This document shows positions 27,580 to 36,274 of a stretch of 64,000 bases of DNA, piece after piece. Numbering within the stretch: position 1 is the first letter of the stretch; each line of letters opens with the position of its first letter. This DNA is from Defluviicoccus sp. (lineage in GTDB: Bacteria > Pseudomonadota > Alphaproteobacteria > MPNO01), in assembly GCA_022826125.1 (NCBI GenBank), contig JAJDVM010000319.1:1181-65180 (forward strand), given 5' to 3'. Below the pieces are notes generated by a model that was given only the letters and a program-made list of their open reading frames with translations, searched no databases and had not been told where the DNA came from. A program made the position numbers and the translations under genes.

Positions 27580-28998
27580 TCATGCGTTGCCGAGCAGGGC
27601 GGCCGTTCCCGCCGCGTCGATTCGTGCACGGATTCCGGTACGCCACCAGCGATCGCCGGTGAAGCCGCTGCGGTTCGCCGCATCGTCGTCCAGATAGGAG
27701 GGCGCGAGGTTGGGGCCGCGCAGTTCGAGCTCGCCTTCGCCTTCCCCGCCCGTGATTTCGCCGTCGTCGGTCGCCAGGCGCAGCGACACTCCCGGCGCCG
27801 GCGCCAGCGCCTCCGGCGATTCCGGCGAGGCGGCAAGCGCGATCTGGGTCTCCGGCGCGATCAGCACACGGCAGCCCGCGTCTGCCGCAAGCGTCAGCCG
27901 CGCCCCGGGCAGACCCCCACCCACGGCGACGGTCGCTCCTGACTCCGTGTCGCACAGCGCAGCCCCCGATGCGAGCGCGAGGTTGCAGGCGATTACGCCA
28001 TGTACGGGATCGTTCGATGCGATCGCGATGCGATCCTCCGCGGAGAGCCCGAAGCGTGCGCTCATCCAGTCGTTCCCGGCGAGCAGGGTGTGCGCGTTAT
28101 GAACGATCGCGCGGGGCATTTCCCCGTCGAGCCCGGCGAACAGGATCGCAAGCGGATCGCTTGCCACCGCGTCGCCGTCCCAGGTCCTCTCGATCAGACC
28201 GAACAGTTCCCCAATGGGACAGACGGTTTCAATCGACGGCGCCTCGCTTCGGCGAGCGATCAATGCGCGGGCGGAGACCCGCTCGAGGCATCGCCCCAGG
28301 GTTTCCCGTGACAGGTCTTCCGGTAGCGGACACAGAACGGCGCTCGAGAGCGATGCCGCGGCATAGACCAAGAGCAGCGAGGACGGCCGTGGATCGTCGA
28401 TGGCGATGACGTCGCCGCGCCCCACTCCACGTTCCTCCAGTCCGGACGCGAGCGACAGCGCCTGTTCGAGCGCCGCGCTCCAATCGAGCGTTTGCCCGTT
28501 GTCGTGCAGCGCGAGGCCGCCCCCCATCTCCTCCGCCAGCGCGCGCAGCCGCTTCGCCGGGGTGGCCGCGCCCCAGCGGCCGGTCCGGATGTGGCGGTCC
28601 GCCTCGCCGGGGTCGAATTTCAGCGCAGCGCGCAGCGCCATCGCCTGTTCGTCCAGGCCCGCGCGGCGCTCCACCGGGACGAACCGCTCGGCCCGGAAGC
28701 GGCGTCCGCCGCCGAGCTCGTAAAGCCGGTGATAGTGATGGCGCTGGAACTTGCGATGCTCCAGCAGCAGCCGGATGTGGGTGACCTGCTCGCGGGTCAG
28801 CCCGATGCGCTCCGCGATCTGAATGTCGGCGAGCCCGGCACCGTCGCGTTGCGCCTCGATCTGATCCCAGTCCAGATCCCGGACGGGATCTCCGATGCGG
28901 ACCTGGATGTTGTGGCTGAGATCCCAGATCGTGTCGCCATAGGCCTCGACCATCTCCTCGGTCAGGCCCATCTGGACCCTGTTCAGCCCGCGCGTCAT
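27580..28998 (-). CDS. Hypothetical protein: N-terminal HTH-like region fused to a degenerate, C-terminally truncated adenylate-forming (ANL) domain
   Basis: 472 aa. Residues ~55-85 (LADIQIAERIGLTREQVTHIRLLLE) look like an HTH. The remainder is collinear with the ANL N-domain, but the P-loop reads FAGLDGEMPRAIV and the TGD motif reads WWRTGIRARID, and the protein stops about 15 aa later. The ATG abuts the upstream stop (28998/28999). Confidence 0.75.
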   Translation of the reverse strand: MTRGLNRVQMGLTEEMVEAYGDTIWDLSHNIQVRIGDPVRDLDWDQIEAQRDGAGLADIQIAERIGLTREQVTHIRLLLEHRKFQRHHYHRLYELGGGRRFRAERFVPVERRAGLDEQAMALRAALKFDPGEADRHIRTGRWGAATPAKRLRALAEEMGGGLALHDNGQTLDWSAALEQALSLASGLEERGVGRGDVIAIDDPRPSSLLLVYAAASLSSAVLCPLPEDLSRETLGRCLERVSARALIARRSEAPSIETVCPIGELFGLIERTWDGDAVASDPLAILFAGLDGEMPRAIVHNAHTLLAGNDWMSARFGLSAEDRIAIASNDPVHGVIACNLALASGAALCDTESGATVAVGGGLPGARLTLAADAGCRVLIAPETQIALAASPESPEALAPAPGVSLRLATDDGEITGGEGEGELELRGPNLAPSYLDDDAANRSGFTGDRWWRTGIRARIDAAGTAALLGNA

Positions 28999-29985
28999 CT
29001 AGACGCCGTCGTCGTCGGCATACTCGAAACGGCGTATCGGGTCCGCCTGCGGCGCCTGGGTCGCGATCGGGCAGACCCGCATGCACTCGAAACACTGGGC
29101 GAGCAGCCCGCCGGACCCCACCGACATCTTGTACCAGAGGATCTTCTGGTCGGGGTCGAACAGCGCGTCCTCGCGTTCCGTCTCGTTCCTGGCCTCGACC
29201 GCGTCGGCGATCATCGATGGCACGGCCTCGAATTGCTGGGTCATCTCCGCGCAGGCCGCCATGTCGTAGCGCATGACGGCCTGGTTGCCGTCTTGGTCGA
29301 TTTCTCCCGACAGGCACTGCACCGGGCAGAACTTCATGCAGGGCGTCTGGCCGGTCTTGCGGTAGAGGCTGACGCAGGACGGGGCCGGGCAGGGGTTCTC
29401 CTTCATCGGCTCGTCGGGCGGGAGCTCGAGCTCAGTGAACACCGAGGCGAAATACATGTAGCCGAAATCCGGATGCAGCAGGATATCGCCGGCGAAGGAG
29501 CGCGCACCGATCCCCGCGACCTCGGCGTGCAGCTTGAGGCTTTGCAGGGGTACCCGCGGCCCGGCTTCGGTGTCCATGTCCGGGGGGCAGTAGATCGAAC
29601 GGATGCCGAACCGGTTCTCGATGAAAAAGGCGCAGCCATAGGCGATCGTGTAGGCGCGGCCCTCCGTGCTGCCGAAATAGCCGAGCGCCTTGGCCGGCAC
29701 CGCCCATGCGCCCTGGGTCTGGCCGCCGACGCCGAGCGCGATAACGGATTTCACCTTCGGCATCAGGTCGGTCGGGCGGTGACCCGGCGGCGCGATGCGC
29801 TCCAGCGTTTCCAGATCCGCGACGCCCACGGCAAGCGCCCCCTTGCGCTTGCAATAGGCGACGATCTCCTCTTTCGCCGCTTCCGGATCGATTCCCTCGC
29901 GCCGTGCCACCGAACTCACTCCTGTTTGCGGGGGCGTCATAATAGTCGCGGGGGAAGCGTTGCGCACGTCCCGGCGAATAGGCAC
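28999..29985 (-). CDS. QueG / reductive-dehalogenase-like Fe-S protein
   Basis: The N-terminal half follows the QueG/RdhA pattern (KRKGALAVGVADLE..., VIALGV, LKLHAEVAGIGARSFAGDILLHPDFGYMYFASVFTELELPPDEP). The C-terminal part has 9 Cys, including CMKFCPVQC and CFECMRVCP. An alternative start is ATG 29940. Confidence 0.7.
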   Translation of the reverse strand: MPIRRDVRNASPATIMTPPQTGVSSVARREGIDPEAAKEEIVAYCKRKGALAVGVADLETLERIAPPGHRPTDLMPKVKSVIALGVGGQTQGAWAVPAKALGYFGSTEGRAYTIAYGCAFFIENRFGIRSIYCPPDMDTEAGPRVPLQSLKLHAEVAGIGARSFAGDILLHPDFGYMYFASVFTELELPPDEPMKENPCPAPSCVSLYRKTGQTPCMKFCPVQCLSGEIDQDGNQAVMRYDMAACAEMTQQFEAVPSMIADAVEARNETEREDALFDPDQKILWYKMSVGSGGLLAQCFECMRVCPIATQAPQADPIRRFEYADDDGV

Positions 29986-30019
29986 TCTCCCGGCCGGTCA
30001 CCCTTGGCGGAGAGACAGA

Positions 30020-31015
30020 ATGGCGAACATCCACCTGACGCTCGCGATGGACGAGTACGACCACACACGCGACCTTCTCCAGGGCAAGGTCAACGCCGAG
30101 GGGATCGACCTGACCTGGCTCAATCTCGACGTCGAGGAAATCTTTTACCGCTTCGCGAGCGCCTGGGAGTGGAACGTTTCCGAGCTTTCCTTCGCCAAAT
30201 ACTGCTCGATCGTGTCGCAGCCGGATCCGCCGATCACCGGAATCCCGGTCTTCGTCTCGCGCGTTTTCCGGCATTCGGCCTGGTATGTCGCCGCCGACGG
30301 GCCGGTGAAGGAGGTCGCGGACCTCGCCGGCAAGCGGATTGGCATTCCCGAATGGTCTCAGACCGCCACGGTCTATGCCCGGGGCTGGCTCGCCGAGGAT
30401 GCCGGAATCCCGCTTCAGGATGTCGACTGGGTACAGGCCGGGGTGAACGAACCGGGCCGGATCGAGCTCGCCCATCTCAAGCTTCCCGACGGCATCCGGT
30501 ACCGCCAGGTACCCGACCGGTCGCTCACCGAGATGCTCCTCGCGGGGGATATCGATGCGCTGATCTCCGCTCGTCCGCCGAGAGCGTTCCTCGACGGCGA
30601 TACCCGGATCGAGCGGCTGATCCCCGACTACCGCGCGCAGGAGCAGGACTATTTCAAGCGGACCGGCGTCTACCCCATCATGCACACCGTCGCGATCCGC
30701 CGCGACACCTACGAGAAGCATCCCTGGATCGCGATGAACCTGCTGAACGGTTTCGAGGCGGCAAAGAAACGCAGCGTCGCCAGGCTGACCAGCGTCACCC
30801 ATTCCCAGATCCCGGTGCCGTGGATCTACGACATGGTCCCGGAACTCGGCGGCGACATCTTCCCCGGCGGCGATTACTGGCCTTACGGGATCGAGCCCAA
30901 CCGGCCGACCATCGAGGCGTTCCTGAGGTTCTGCTACGATCAGGGTCTCTGCCATCGCAAGCTGGAGCCGGAGGACCTCTACCCCGCCGAGGTGCAGTCG
31001 GTATTCCGCGTTTGA
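30020..31015 (+). CDS. 4,5-dihydroxyphthalate decarboxylase-family protein (periplasmic-binding-protein-like fold, cytoplasmic)
   Basis: 331 aa from ATG 30020. MANIHLTLAMDEYDHTRDLLQGKVNAEGIDLTWLNLDVEEIFYRF...WNVSELSFAKY matches the N-terminal pattern I recall for this family. No signal peptide. Confidence 0.6.
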   Translation: MANIHLTLAMDEYDHTRDLLQGKVNAEGIDLTWLNLDVEEIFYRFASAWEWNVSELSFAKYCSIVSQPDPPITGIPVFVSRVFRHSAWYVAADGPVKEVADLAGKRIGIPEWSQTATVYARGWLAEDAGIPLQDVDWVQAGVNEPGRIELAHLKLPDGIRYRQVPDRSLTEMLLAGDIDALISARPPRAFLDGDTRIERLIPDYRAQEQDYFKRTGVYPIMHTVAIRRDTYEKHPWIAMNLLNGFEAAKKRSVARLTSVTHSQIPVPWIYDMVPELGGDIFPGGDYWPYGIEPNRPTIEAFLRFCYDQGLCHRKLEPEDLYPAEVQSVFRV

Positions 31016-31079
31016 CCGGGGGCCTCGCTCGTCTATGGTGCGGCCCATTCCCCATCCACTGTCCAGATCGAGAGGCGCC

Positions 31080-31640
31080 ATGAGACGGAGTCGGCTGGTG
31101 GGTGCGATCGCCATCCTCCTGGGAGCAGCGCTCATGACCACCGAAGCGGCCTCGGCCGATCCAGAGAACACGCTTTACATGGACCTTGAACATGGCCGCG
31201 TGGTCATCGAGATGCGCCCGGATCTAGCGCCCAAGCATGTCGAGCAGATCAAGCGGTTGACCCGCGCCGGGTTCTACGACGGGGTGGTGTTCCACCGTGT
31301 TATCGAAGGGTTCATGGCCCAGGGCGGCGACCCGACGGGGACGGGAACCGGCGGGTCGGGCAACAAGCTGCCGGCGGAGTTCTCGAACGAGCCCCATGCG
31401 CGGGGCGTGACCTCCATGGCCCGCACTCAGGACCCGAACAGCGCCGACAGCCAGTTCTTCATCATGTTCGCGCCCGCGCCCCATCTCGACGGGCAGTACA
31501 CGGTCTGGGGCAAGGTGACCGAGGGGATGGAATTCGTCGACAAGCTCAAGCGGGGCGACAACCGCCGCGGCGGCTCGGTCACCGATCCCGACAAGATCGT
31601 CCGCATGCAGGTCGCCAAGGACGCGGAGAAGGCGAACTAG
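31080..31640 (+). CDS. Cyclophilin-type peptidyl-prolyl cis-trans isomerase, secreted
   Basis: Signal peptide MRRSRLVGAIAILLGAALMTTEAASA. FHRVIEGFMAQGGDP, SMARTQDPNSADSQFFI. Confidence 0.92.
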   Translation: MRRSRLVGAIAILLGAALMTTEAASADPENTLYMDLEHGRVVIEMRPDLAPKHVEQIKRLTRAGFYDGVVFHRVIEGFMAQGGDPTGTGTGGSGNKLPAEFSNEPHARGVTSMARTQDPNSADSQFFIMFAPAPHLDGQYTVWGKVTEGMEFVDKLKRGDNRRGGSVTDPDKIVRMQVAKDAEKAN

Positions 31641-31662
31641 GCTTCGCCCGGAGCGGCGAGCC

Positions 31663-32883
31663 ATGAGCTCGACGGCCTCTCGCGCGCTGTCCGGCCAGCG
31701 CACCGTCGTCTCGCTGATCAGCGCGGGCCATTGCTACAGCCATTTGAGCTCGGTGGCGGTCGCGCCGCTGTTCCCGGTGCTGCGCGAGGCATTCGATGTC
31801 AGCTATGTCGCGCTGGGCGCCCTGATGACCGTGTTTTCGGTCGCCACAAGCGTCGCGCAGATCCCCGTCGGCCTGCTGGTCGACCGATATGGAGGACGCC
31901 TGATCCTGGTGCTCGGCCTGATCCTTATCGGCGGGAGCTTTGCGCTTGCCGGCGGCGCCGACGCCTATTGGCAGGTCGTTGTGCTGATGGCGATCGCCGG
32001 CCTGGGCAACAGCGTCTTCCATCCGGCCGACCTGTCCATACTCTCGCGGCGCGTGGACCCTGCCTATCTCGGCCGGACCGTCAGCCTGCACAGCTTCGTC
32101 GGCTATGTCGGCTGGGCCATCGCGCCGATGTCGATTGCCGGCCTGCAGGCGGCATTCGGCTGGCGCGGCGCCTTGATCGGGGCGGGGATCGCGGGACTCG
32201 CGGTCGCGGCGTTGATTCAGTGGCGAAGGGCCGCCTTCGACGACGAGACCGACTCCGTGCCGTCCGGCGAATCTCGCCGGGCGGAACGCTTCGACGTAAG
32301 GGCAAGGCTGATGGCGATGACGGAAGGCCCGATGATCCGGATCTTCCTGTTCTTCCTGTTTACCTCGATGACTATCGGCGGTATCGCGGGGTTCCTCGCG
32401 ATCACGATGATGCAGCTCTTCGGCGCCGACCTCGCCGGCGGAAATTTCTCGCTCACCGTGTTCATGGTCGCCATGGCGGCCGCGGTGCTGTTCGGCGGCG
32501 TGCTCGCGGACCGGATCTCCGCGCATGACCGGCTCGCCATGTGGACGGTCGCCGGCGGCGCGGCGGTGCTCGCGCTGCTCTCGTTGGGGATCGGCGGATT
32601 CTTCGCCGGGCTCGCGGTGGTCGCCGCGAGCGCCTTCCTGCTCGGCGTTTCCAGCCCCTCGCGCGATCTGATCGTCAGGGCTTCCGCCCCCGCCGAGTCC
32701 CTCGGCCTCGCCTTCGGCTTCACCTCGACGGGGCTCAGCATCGGGTTCGCGCTGGGGCCGATCACGGTCGGCGGGCTGATGGATCTGGGCCGGCCCGACC
32801 TCGCGATACTGGTGCTGGCCGCGGTCAGCGGCCTCGCCGCGCTCGCGCTGGCGGCACGGCGGAGGACGGCGCCGGCGCAATGA
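31663..32883 (+). CDS. MFS transporter
   Basis: 406 aa with about 12 TM segments. GLLVDRYGGR loop motif between TM2 and TM3. Confidence 0.85.
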   Translation: MSSTASRALSGQRTVVSLISAGHCYSHLSSVAVAPLFPVLREAFDVSYVALGALMTVFSVATSVAQIPVGLLVDRYGGRLILVLGLILIGGSFALAGGADAYWQVVVLMAIAGLGNSVFHPADLSILSRRVDPAYLGRTVSLHSFVGYVGWAIAPMSIAGLQAAFGWRGALIGAGIAGLAVAALIQWRRAAFDDETDSVPSGESRRAERFDVRARLMAMTEGPMIRIFLFFLFTSMTIGGIAGFLAITMMQLFGADLAGGNFSLTVFMVAMAAAVLFGGVLADRISAHDRLAMWTVAGGAAVLALLSLGIGGFFAGLAVVAASAFLLGVSSPSRDLIVRASAPAESLGLAFGFTSTGLSIGFALGPITVGGLMDLGRPDLAILVLAAVSGLAALALAARRRTAPAQ

Positions 32884-34199
32884 TCGCGGGCTCGGCGGAG
32901 CATCACCGCGCGGTCTGGCGCCTCTCCGTTCCCATCATCCTGTCCAACATTTCGGTGCCGCTCCTGGGTGCCGTGGACACGGCCGTGGTGGGACATTTGC
33001 CGGAGCCCCACCATCTCGGCGCGGTGGCGCTCGGCAGCATGGTGTTCAACTTCATCTACTGGGGGTTCGGCTTTCTCCGCATGGGGACCGCCGGGCTGAC
33101 CGCGCAGGCCCACGGCGCGGGAAACTCCGGCGAGGTTCTGGCTGCGGTCGTTCGCGCGCTGACGATCGCCGGCGCCATCGCCTTCGTCACCCTCGCCGCC
33201 CAGACACTGATCGTCGCCGTCGTCTTCGACCTCGTCGAGGCCAGCGCCGATGTCGAGGGTTCCGCCCGGACCTATGTGCTGACCCGGATCTGGGGAGCGC
33301 CCGCGGCGCTTTCGATCTACGTCATCCTGGGCTGGTTTCTCGGCATGCAGAACACCCGGGCGACGCTCTATGTCCAGCTCTGGATGAACGGCCTCAACAT
33401 CGTGCTCGACATCCTCTTCGTGGTCGGGTTCGGATGGGGCGTGTTCGGGGTCGCGCTGGCGACCGTGATCGCCGAGTTTTCCGGGCTCGCCCTGGCGCTC
33501 TGGCTGATGCGGCGGGCGTTGCGCCGGATCGCGGGTCGCCTCGACTGGGACCGGGTGTGGTCGCGCCGCCGGATGCGTATGACGCTCGGCCTCAACGCCG
33601 ACATCTTCGTTCGCACCGTCTGCCTGGTCTTCGCCTTTGCGTATTTCACCGCTCAGGGCGCCAGGATGGGCGATGTCCTCCTCGCCGCGAACGCGGTGCT
33701 GATGAACTTCCAGATCTTCATGGCGCACGGGCTCGACGGTTTCGCGCATGCCGCCCAGGCGATGGTGGGCCGGGCGGTGGGGGCCGCCGACCGCGCCGAG
33801 CTCAGGGCGGCGATCCGGGTATCCTCGCTTTGGGCCGTCGTCACGGCTGCCCTTTTCGTACTGGTCTACGCCGCCGCGGGAGAAGGTATCGTCGCGCTTC
33901 TGACCGGCATCGACGAGGTGCGCGCGGCGTCCGCCGAATACCTCCCCTGGTGCATCGCGATGCCTGCCCTGTCCGTGGCCGCGTTCCAGTTCGACGGGAT
34001 TTTCCTCGGCGCGACGCTGGGCCGACAGATGCGCAACATGATGATCGTCTCTGTGGCGGTCTACCTCGCCCTCTGCGTGGTGCTGATCCCGCTCTGGAGC
34101 AATCACGGGCTGTGGTTCGCCTTCGCTGCCTTCATGGCATTGCGCGGATTGACGCTGGGGGCAGTCTACCCGGCGGTCGGGCGGACGATTCCGTCTTGA
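32880..34199 (+). CDS. MATE family efflux transporter (DinF-like)
   Basis: ATG 32880 overlaps the MFS stop (ATGA). WRLSVPIILSNISVPLLGAVDTAVVGHL... and 12 TM segments. Confidence 0.88.
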   Translation: MIAGSAEHHRAVWRLSVPIILSNISVPLLGAVDTAVVGHLPEPHHLGAVALGSMVFNFIYWGFGFLRMGTAGLTAQAHGAGNSGEVLAAVVRALTIAGAIAFVTLAAQTLIVAVVFDLVEASADVEGSARTYVLTRIWGAPAALSIYVILGWFLGMQNTRATLYVQLWMNGLNIVLDILFVVGFGWGVFGVALATVIAEFSGLALALWLMRRALRRIAGRLDWDRVWSRRRMRMTLGLNADIFVRTVCLVFAFAYFTAQGARMGDVLLAANAVLMNFQIFMAHGLDGFAHAAQAMVGRAVGAADRAELRAAIRVSSLWAVVTAALFVLVYAAAGEGIVALLTGIDEVRAASAEYLPWCIAMPALSVAAFQFDGIFLGATLGRQMRNMMIVSVAVYLALCVVLIPLWSNHGLWFAFAAFMALRGLTLGAVYPAVGRTIPS

Positions 34200-34273
34200 G
34201 CGCTGTCCGCGCCTTGCCGGTCACAAGAGCCGCGGCTAATCTCTGGCCGCCTCATGGCGGCTGGGAGGATATC

Positions 34274-34933
34274 GTGTCGGACGACCTCGACATCTACGAA
34301 AAGCAGGGTTTCGGCAACCGCATCGGGTTTGGCGAGAAGCCGGCGCTGGTCGTCATCGACTTCATCAACGCCTTCAACGACCCCGACATGTTCGGCGGCG
34401 GCAGCATCCAGTCGGCGATCGACCATACCGAGGATCTGCTCGGGCTCGCACGCCATCTCGACCTGCCGGTCGCGTTTACTTCCCACGCATACGCGACCGA
34501 CCGCAGCGAGGACGGCATCTTCAACATGAAGTCGCCGGGGCTGAGCAAGCTCGTTCCAAACACGCACGCGACCGCGATCGTCGACCAGCTCGCGCCGCGC
34601 CCGGGCGAACGGGTGATCAGCAAACTTTACCCGTCGGGCTTCTTCTCGACCGACCTTGCCAACTGGCTCGCGAAGCGCGGCGTCGACACCGCCATCGTCA
34701 CCGGCTGCACGACCAGCGGCTGCGTGCGCGCGACGGTGGTCGACGCGATGGGCTACGGGTTCCGGCCCATCGTTCCGGCCGAATGCTCGGGCGACCGCGC
34801 CCAGGGTCCGCACGAGGCGAACCTGTTCGACATGGACCAGAAATACGCCGACGTCATGCCGCTCGCCGAAGTCCAGAAGGCGCTCGAGGAGCTTGCTCCC
34901 GAACAGGCCAGAACGGCGGACGCGGCGGAATAG
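34274..34933 (+). CDS. Isochorismatase-family cysteine hydrolase (N-carbamoylsarcosine amidase / maleamate amidohydrolase-like)
   Basis: GTG 34274 behind GGGAGGA. Catalytic Asp-Lys-Cys pattern (ALVVIDFINAF; VISKLYPSGF; VTGCTTSGCVRAT). Confidence 0.85.
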   Translation: MSDDLDIYEKQGFGNRIGFGEKPALVVIDFINAFNDPDMFGGGSIQSAIDHTEDLLGLARHLDLPVAFTSHAYATDRSEDGIFNMKSPGLSKLVPNTHATAIVDQLAPRPGERVISKLYPSGFFSTDLANWLAKRGVDTAIVTGCTTSGCVRATVVDAMGYGFRPIVPAECSGDRAQGPHEANLFDMDQKYADVMPLAEVQKALEELAPEQARTADAAE

Positions 34934-34955
34934 GACCGGATCGAGAGGAAACAGG

Positions 34956-35753
34956 ATGACCGATTCCATCGGCTGGCGCGCCAATTGGGGCGTCATCGCG
35001 CCGTCGACCAATACCTCGGTTCAGCCCGAGTTCGACGACATGCGCCCGCCCGGCGTGACCAACCATCACGTGCGCATCTGGATCCCCGACGAGCCGGTTC
35101 ACTCGGACGAGGATTTCAACCGGCTGATGGACAATATCCGCCGCGAGTTCGACAACGCGATCCTGCGGGTGATGACCTGCAACCCCGACTACATCGTCAT
35201 GGGCATGTCGGCCGAGACGTTCTGGGACGGGCTTGCCAAGAGCATCGAGCTCCGCGAGCAGGTCAAGAAGCTCTCCGGCCTCGGCGTCGCGATGGGCTCG
35301 GATGCCTGCCAGGCGGCGCTGCGGTGCTACGGCGACATCAGGCGGATCGGGGTGCTCACCCCCTACTGGCCGGTCGGCGACAAGAACGTGAAGAAGTTCT
35401 TCGAGGATTGCGGCTTCGAGGTCGTCGCCATCAAGGGCCTCAAATGCGAGAGCCCGGCGATGATCGCCCAGGTGACCGAGGACGAGCTGCGCGAGGCCCT
35501 GGTCGAGCTCGACGGGCACGATGTCGAGGCGCTGGTGCAGTGCGGCACCAACCTCGCCATGGCGAGGCTCGCCGGGGAAGCCGAGAAATGGCTCGGGAAG
35601 CCGGTGCTCGCCATCAACACCGCAACATATTGGTACGCGATGCGGGCGAACGGCTATGACGACGCGATCGAGGGATTCGGCTCGCTGATGAGCGATTTCC
35701 GCGAACTGCCGGCGTCCTATCTGGAAACCGCGGCCGGCGCGGCGGTAAACTGA
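34956..35753 (+). CDS. Maleate isomerase / arylmalonate decarboxylase-like Asp/Glu-racemase-superfamily protein
   Basis: 265 aa from ATG 34956. NWGVIAPSTNTSVQPEFD N-terminus and VQCGTNLAM second-half motif. Confidence 0.78.
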   Translation: MTDSIGWRANWGVIAPSTNTSVQPEFDDMRPPGVTNHHVRIWIPDEPVHSDEDFNRLMDNIRREFDNAILRVMTCNPDYIVMGMSAETFWDGLAKSIELREQVKKLSGLGVAMGSDACQAALRCYGDIRRIGVLTPYWPVGDKNVKKFFEDCGFEVVAIKGLKCESPAMIAQVTEDELREALVELDGHDVEALVQCGTNLAMARLAGEAEKWLGKPVLAINTATYWYAMRANGYDDAIEGFGSLMSDFRELPASYLETAAGAAVN

Positions 35754-35831
35754 TCTTGCGCTTGTCCCATCCCGAATCTCTGATAAATAGGTAATATAAA
35801 TACCGCTTTACCCTTTCGGAGGCGAAAGAAC

Positions 35832-36272
35832 GTGTCCAGGATTCTGCGCGGCCTGACGGTCGTACTTGTCCTTTCGGTCGGCGTGTTCGCGGTCCACGCG
35901 GTCGTGACCGCGGCGCCCGCCCACGCCGCCGGCGACGTCAAGAAGGGCAAGAAGGTCTTTGCCAAATGCAAGGCCTGCCACAAGGTAGTCGCGGGCAAAA
36001 AGGGCGTGGGTCCCAACCTCAACGGTCTCTTCGGCCGCACCGCGGGAACGCTCGCCAAGTTCAAGTACTCGAAGGACATGAAGGCGGCAGGCGCCAAGGG
36101 TCTCGTGTGGAACGAGACGACCCTGTTCACCTATCTCAAGAACCCCAAGCCGTTCGTCGGCTCCTTCATCGGCAAGAAAAAGGCCAAGACACGCATGGTC
36201 TTCAAGGGGCTGAAGAAGGAGAAGGACCGCACGGACCTGATCGCCTACCTCAAGGAGGCGACCGCGAAGTAG
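35832..36272 (+). CDS. Class I c-type cytochrome (c2/c550-like) with N-terminal signal/anchor
   Basis: Heme motif CKACHKV, distal MVFKGL Met, hydrophobic N-terminus. GTG start behind GGAGG. AT-rich promoter-like upstream region. Confidence 0.9.
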   Translation: MSRILRGLTVVLVLSVGVFAVHAVVTAAPAHAAGDVKKGKKVFAKCKACHKVVAGKKGVGPNLNGLFGRTAGTLAKFKYSKDMKAAGAKGLVWNETTLFTYLKNPKPFVGSFIGKKKAKTRMVFKGLKKEKDRTDLIAYLKEATAK

Positions 36273-36274
36273 CG

